DNA of 64,000 nucleotides. It comes from the human T2T-CHM13v2.0 reference genome, Homo sapiens. The notes beneath the pieces were generated by a model. That model was not told the origin of the DNA. It was given only the letters and a program-made list of their open reading frames with translations, and did not search any database. Both the position numbers and the translations under genes were made by a program. The stretch lies in NCBI RefSeq assembly GCF_009914755.1, contig NC_060928.1; one strand, written 5' to 3'. Shown piece after piece: positions 60,429 through 64,000 of this stretch (its first letter is position 1; each line of letters begins with the position of its first letter).

Positions 60429-61709
60429 GTAAGATTATGACAAAGTAAAATAAGGAATTTCATGAGGGAAAAATTGAATTACTGTTTAACAGCTAATAAG
60501 TTTAACAAAAATTTAAAATGTATAGTTTGTTACTTTAATTTTAATTAAATAAATAATTGGTCATTAATTTTTTGATTCTTACTTCCTATTTTTAAAGTAA
60601 GTTTCAAGCAATGCAGAATTTTTTTTTTCAAATGAATACATATGGCTCATTTTATTCAATAATCATACTTACAGAATATATGCAAATCCGCCTTTCCAAT
60701 GATAAATAGTAGTATTTAAGACTGATAAACTTTTGAAAGGGCAGTTAAAGGTTATAGTCTACTGTTTTCTAACTTCAGAAATACTTTTGTTTGAAAGGTG
60801 GGAGATAAAGTTTCAAGGAGATTAAGTCCCAATATTCCTATTTTAAATCTCTCAGCTTGTGCAGGCAGGGCAGGTAAACATGAAGTTTTTAAGGATAGAA
60901 GGGTCCTGAAAGATAGTAGAGTATGTCTGCTACATAATAGGTACTCAGGTTAGGTTTGATGAATAAGTGGAATGAAAGAATGGATAAATACAGTTGGGGA
61001 GTTCAATATTTTTAAATGAACTCCTATAAGGCAATATTTTTGCAATAGTAATTATTTATATGTGTTATGTTTATTTTTAAAGAATACAATTAAAATGAAA
61101 TGATTAATCTATCATTGTTTGCATAAAAAATTGAATGAATATATAAGAAAAACATGTACATAATAAAATATATAGAAAATAAAATCTGGAAACATAAAAA
61201 CATTCCCTTTTTACTTCTGAAGAGACTAAAAGTTCAAAGAAGATAACAATACACACAATAATGATAAAAAATAGGAAGCAAGAAATTATTTTTATCAGTG
61301 CAAGATTCATATTCCTCTCCTCCCAAGGATTATTCCATTAATAATAAACTTTTACTAAAAGTTTTGTACATGCTCACTGCAGCAATCACAGATAAGAAAA
61401 AGGAAAAAAACTACTTAAAATTCAAATGCTCAGAAATTACAAATTTAATATTTTATACATATTTTTTGCTAAAACAAGACCATAGTATGTTTGTGTGTAT
61501 GTATAATTTAACTGATTTTTTTCCTCACTAGCTATAACAAAATACATCTTTTCACATCCACGTACTTCTGTATCTATTGCCACCTTCAATGGTCACATAT
61601 TATTCCATCCAATGGATGCAACTGAAATTTATGTATAGGATTCATTCTATGGGTTCTTTTTAAAATAAGTGTTGTGAAAAATAAAGTGCATGTATCTTTC
61701 TCTAATGAC

Positions 61710-62464
61710 CAACATCACTGGTCATTAGAGAAATGCAGATCAAAACCACAATGAGATACCATCTCATGACAGTTAGAATGGTGATCATTAAAAAGTCAGG
61801 ATACAACAGATGCTGGAGAGGATGTGGAGAAATAGGAATGCTTTTACACTGTTGGTGGGAGTGTAAATTAGTTCTACCATTGTGGAAGACAGTGTGGTGA
61901 TTCCTCAAGGATCTAGAACAAGAAATACCATTTGACCCAGCAATCTCATTACTGGGTATATACCCAAAAGATTATAAATCATTCTACTATGAAGACACAT
62001 GCACACATATGTTTATTGTGGCATTGTTTACAACAGCATAGACTTGGAACCAACCCAAATTTCCATCAATGATAGGTTGCATAAAGTGGCACATATATAC
62101 CATGGAATACTATGCAGCCATAAAAAAAGGCTGAGCTCACGTCATTTGCAGGCACATGGATGAAGCTGGAAACCACCATTCTCAGCAAGCTAACACAAGA
62201 ACAGAAAATAAAACACCGCATGTTCTCACTCATAAGTGGGAGTTGAACATTGAGTACACATGGACACAGGGAGGGGAACGTCACACACTGGGGCCTGTCA
62301 GGGGGTGGGGAGGTAGGGGAGAAATAGCATTAGGAGAAATATCTAATGTAGATGACGGGTTGATGGGTGCAGGAAACCACCATGGCACATGTATACCTAT
62401 GTAACCAACCTGCACGTTCTGCACATGTATCCCAGAACTTAAAGTATAATTTAAAAAAAAAAAA
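61710..62464 (+). mobile_element. 5'-truncated L1PA (about PA6-8) 3' end with poly-A
   Basis: catcactggtcattagagaaatgc...gtagatgacgggttgatgggtgcag...cagaacttaaagtataatttaaaaaaaa. Confidence 0.92.
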
Positions 62465-62465
62465 T

Positions 62466-62655
62466 TGTCTCTACAAAAAACTTTTTAAAAAATTGGCCTG
62501 GTGTGGTAGTGCTCCTGTAGTCCTAGCTACTCAGCAGGCTGAGGTGAGAGGATCCCTTGAGCCTAGGAGATGGAGGTTACTGTAAGCCTCAATGTCACCA
62601 CTGCATTTCAGCCTGGGCAACAGAGAAAGACCTTGTTTCAAAACAAAACAAAAGG
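62466..62655 (+). mobile_element. AluJ right part (left monomer absent)
   Basis: tgtctctacaaaaaa...cctgtagtcctagctactcag...cccttgagcctaggag...gcctgggcaacagag. Confidence 0.85.
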
Positions 62656-64000
62656 ATTGCCAAACCCAAACATAAAGCTTTTAGAGGAAAACAGGAGCCA
62701 TCTCCCTTGATTACTTGGCAGCAGGCAAAGCTTTCTTAGGTTACAGAAAAACCATAAAAGAAAAAATAATAAAATAATAAATTAGACTTCATAAACAAAC
62801 AAATGACAACCGCAAAATCTCCCACTCACAAGACACTGTAGAAACAATCCAAGTATCCATCGATTGGAGAATGAATAAACAAACGGAGGTGCAGAATATG
62901 CAGTGTACTCATATACATCTGTGACATGCAATAATACAGATGAATCCAAAACATGTTAGGCTGAGTGGAAACTAGCCACAAAAGAGTACCTACTGCATGC
63001 ATAATTTCATATATAAGATGTTCTAAAACAATCTCTTCTGGGAAGCAAGGGCTGAGTTGGGCTGGGAAGAGGCATGAAAGGACATTTTTGTGGTGATAAT
63101 AATGTCTTAGGGGGTTTGGGTTTACAGAGGTGTAAGCATTTGTTGAAACTCAAAAAATGTGTAGTGAAGATATATGTATTTCATTGTATGTAAATTTTAT
63201 AATAAAATACTGAAAAACATACTCTACTCAATTATATATATATACTGACTATAAGTAAAAAAAGCACATCTCTTCCTAGATTTTATTGTTAAATTGAATG
63301 AATAAGAACTGTATATCTTTCTTATCTGGTTATTGTGAGTAGCCATGCAATGATTCTTAGAATATTTGGTAAAATTATTCTCATCATAAAGAGATTCTCA
63401 GTAAATGTTTGCTACTATTACTGTTTTTTCTTGTATTTTGGTTTTAGAATTTAAGAAGTGTCAACATTTTACTTTGAGGCATTGTATTGAATGCTTTGAG
63501 GCATTTAGTGTTGAAGTAATTATGGACTAATAGAAAAATAATAAGGATGGATATAAGTATATGCTTACCAAGTTAAAACTATGAAGTGCTAATGCATAGC
63601 ACTGTAGCAATAGCAATGGAGGTAACTTCTGCTCTTGTTGTTTAAAAATCACAGTAGGAAGATTGTGCTTTTCAGATGGTGACATTAATCTTGATTTATG
63701 TTTTTAATACAATTGCAAAAAACTATAATCAAGAAGTTACATAGTACAAAGAAACAATACGATGCAAGTCATTTCATATACATTCAATATGTGTTAACTA
63801 TTCAAAAATTATCTTTCTTTTTCAACACCAGAATGAGTTCATTAAAATTAATATTAAAAACATAATAGTAAATATTAAAATTATTTAATTTTTATTAATA
63901 TAACTATTGATAAAATAGCATAACTAAAATTATTGTGTGTACTAAGATAATTTAAAAACAACAAATTTCTGGTTTCAGACACTTTGGCTGTTAACCAGAA

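Overview
Primate (human or great ape) genomic DNA from the UDP-glucuronosyltransferase UGT2B/UGT2A cluster (human 4q13). It is AT-rich and repeat-dense, and it contains no clearly functional gene. On the + strand there are two recent tandem UGT2B10/11/28-like gene copies. Copy A (exons 2-6, 273-10896) has a dead exon-2 splice donor and substitutions in conserved motifs. Copy B (exons 1-6, 17676-32001) keeps a complete 529-codon frame, all GT-AG sites and a promoter, but its start codon is ATA and the catalytic His35 is Leu. They are probably the UGT2B25P/UGT2B24P pair (UGT2B26P/27P is the alternative; this cannot be settled without alignment). Older relics are an orphan decayed UGT2 exon 1 (15770-16494), a decayed UGT2B-like exon 4-6 set (46188-49961) and UGT2A-like exons 3-4 (58840-60428). 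The most unusual element is a 5'-truncated L1PA3-like insertion (minus strand) whose 5' end is fused in sense to about 212 nt of 28S rRNA covering the GTPase-associated centre and a short ES15L/D6 expansion segment. The two parts share a candidate TSD, so this looks like an rRNA/L1 chimeric retrocopy. Other notable signals are patchy gene conversion between A and B, a duplication junction inside a MER11 LTR, and fold-back hairpins at L1 5' junctions. All comparisons were made by eye, and reference sequences were recalled from memory. Repeat boundaries are approximate.
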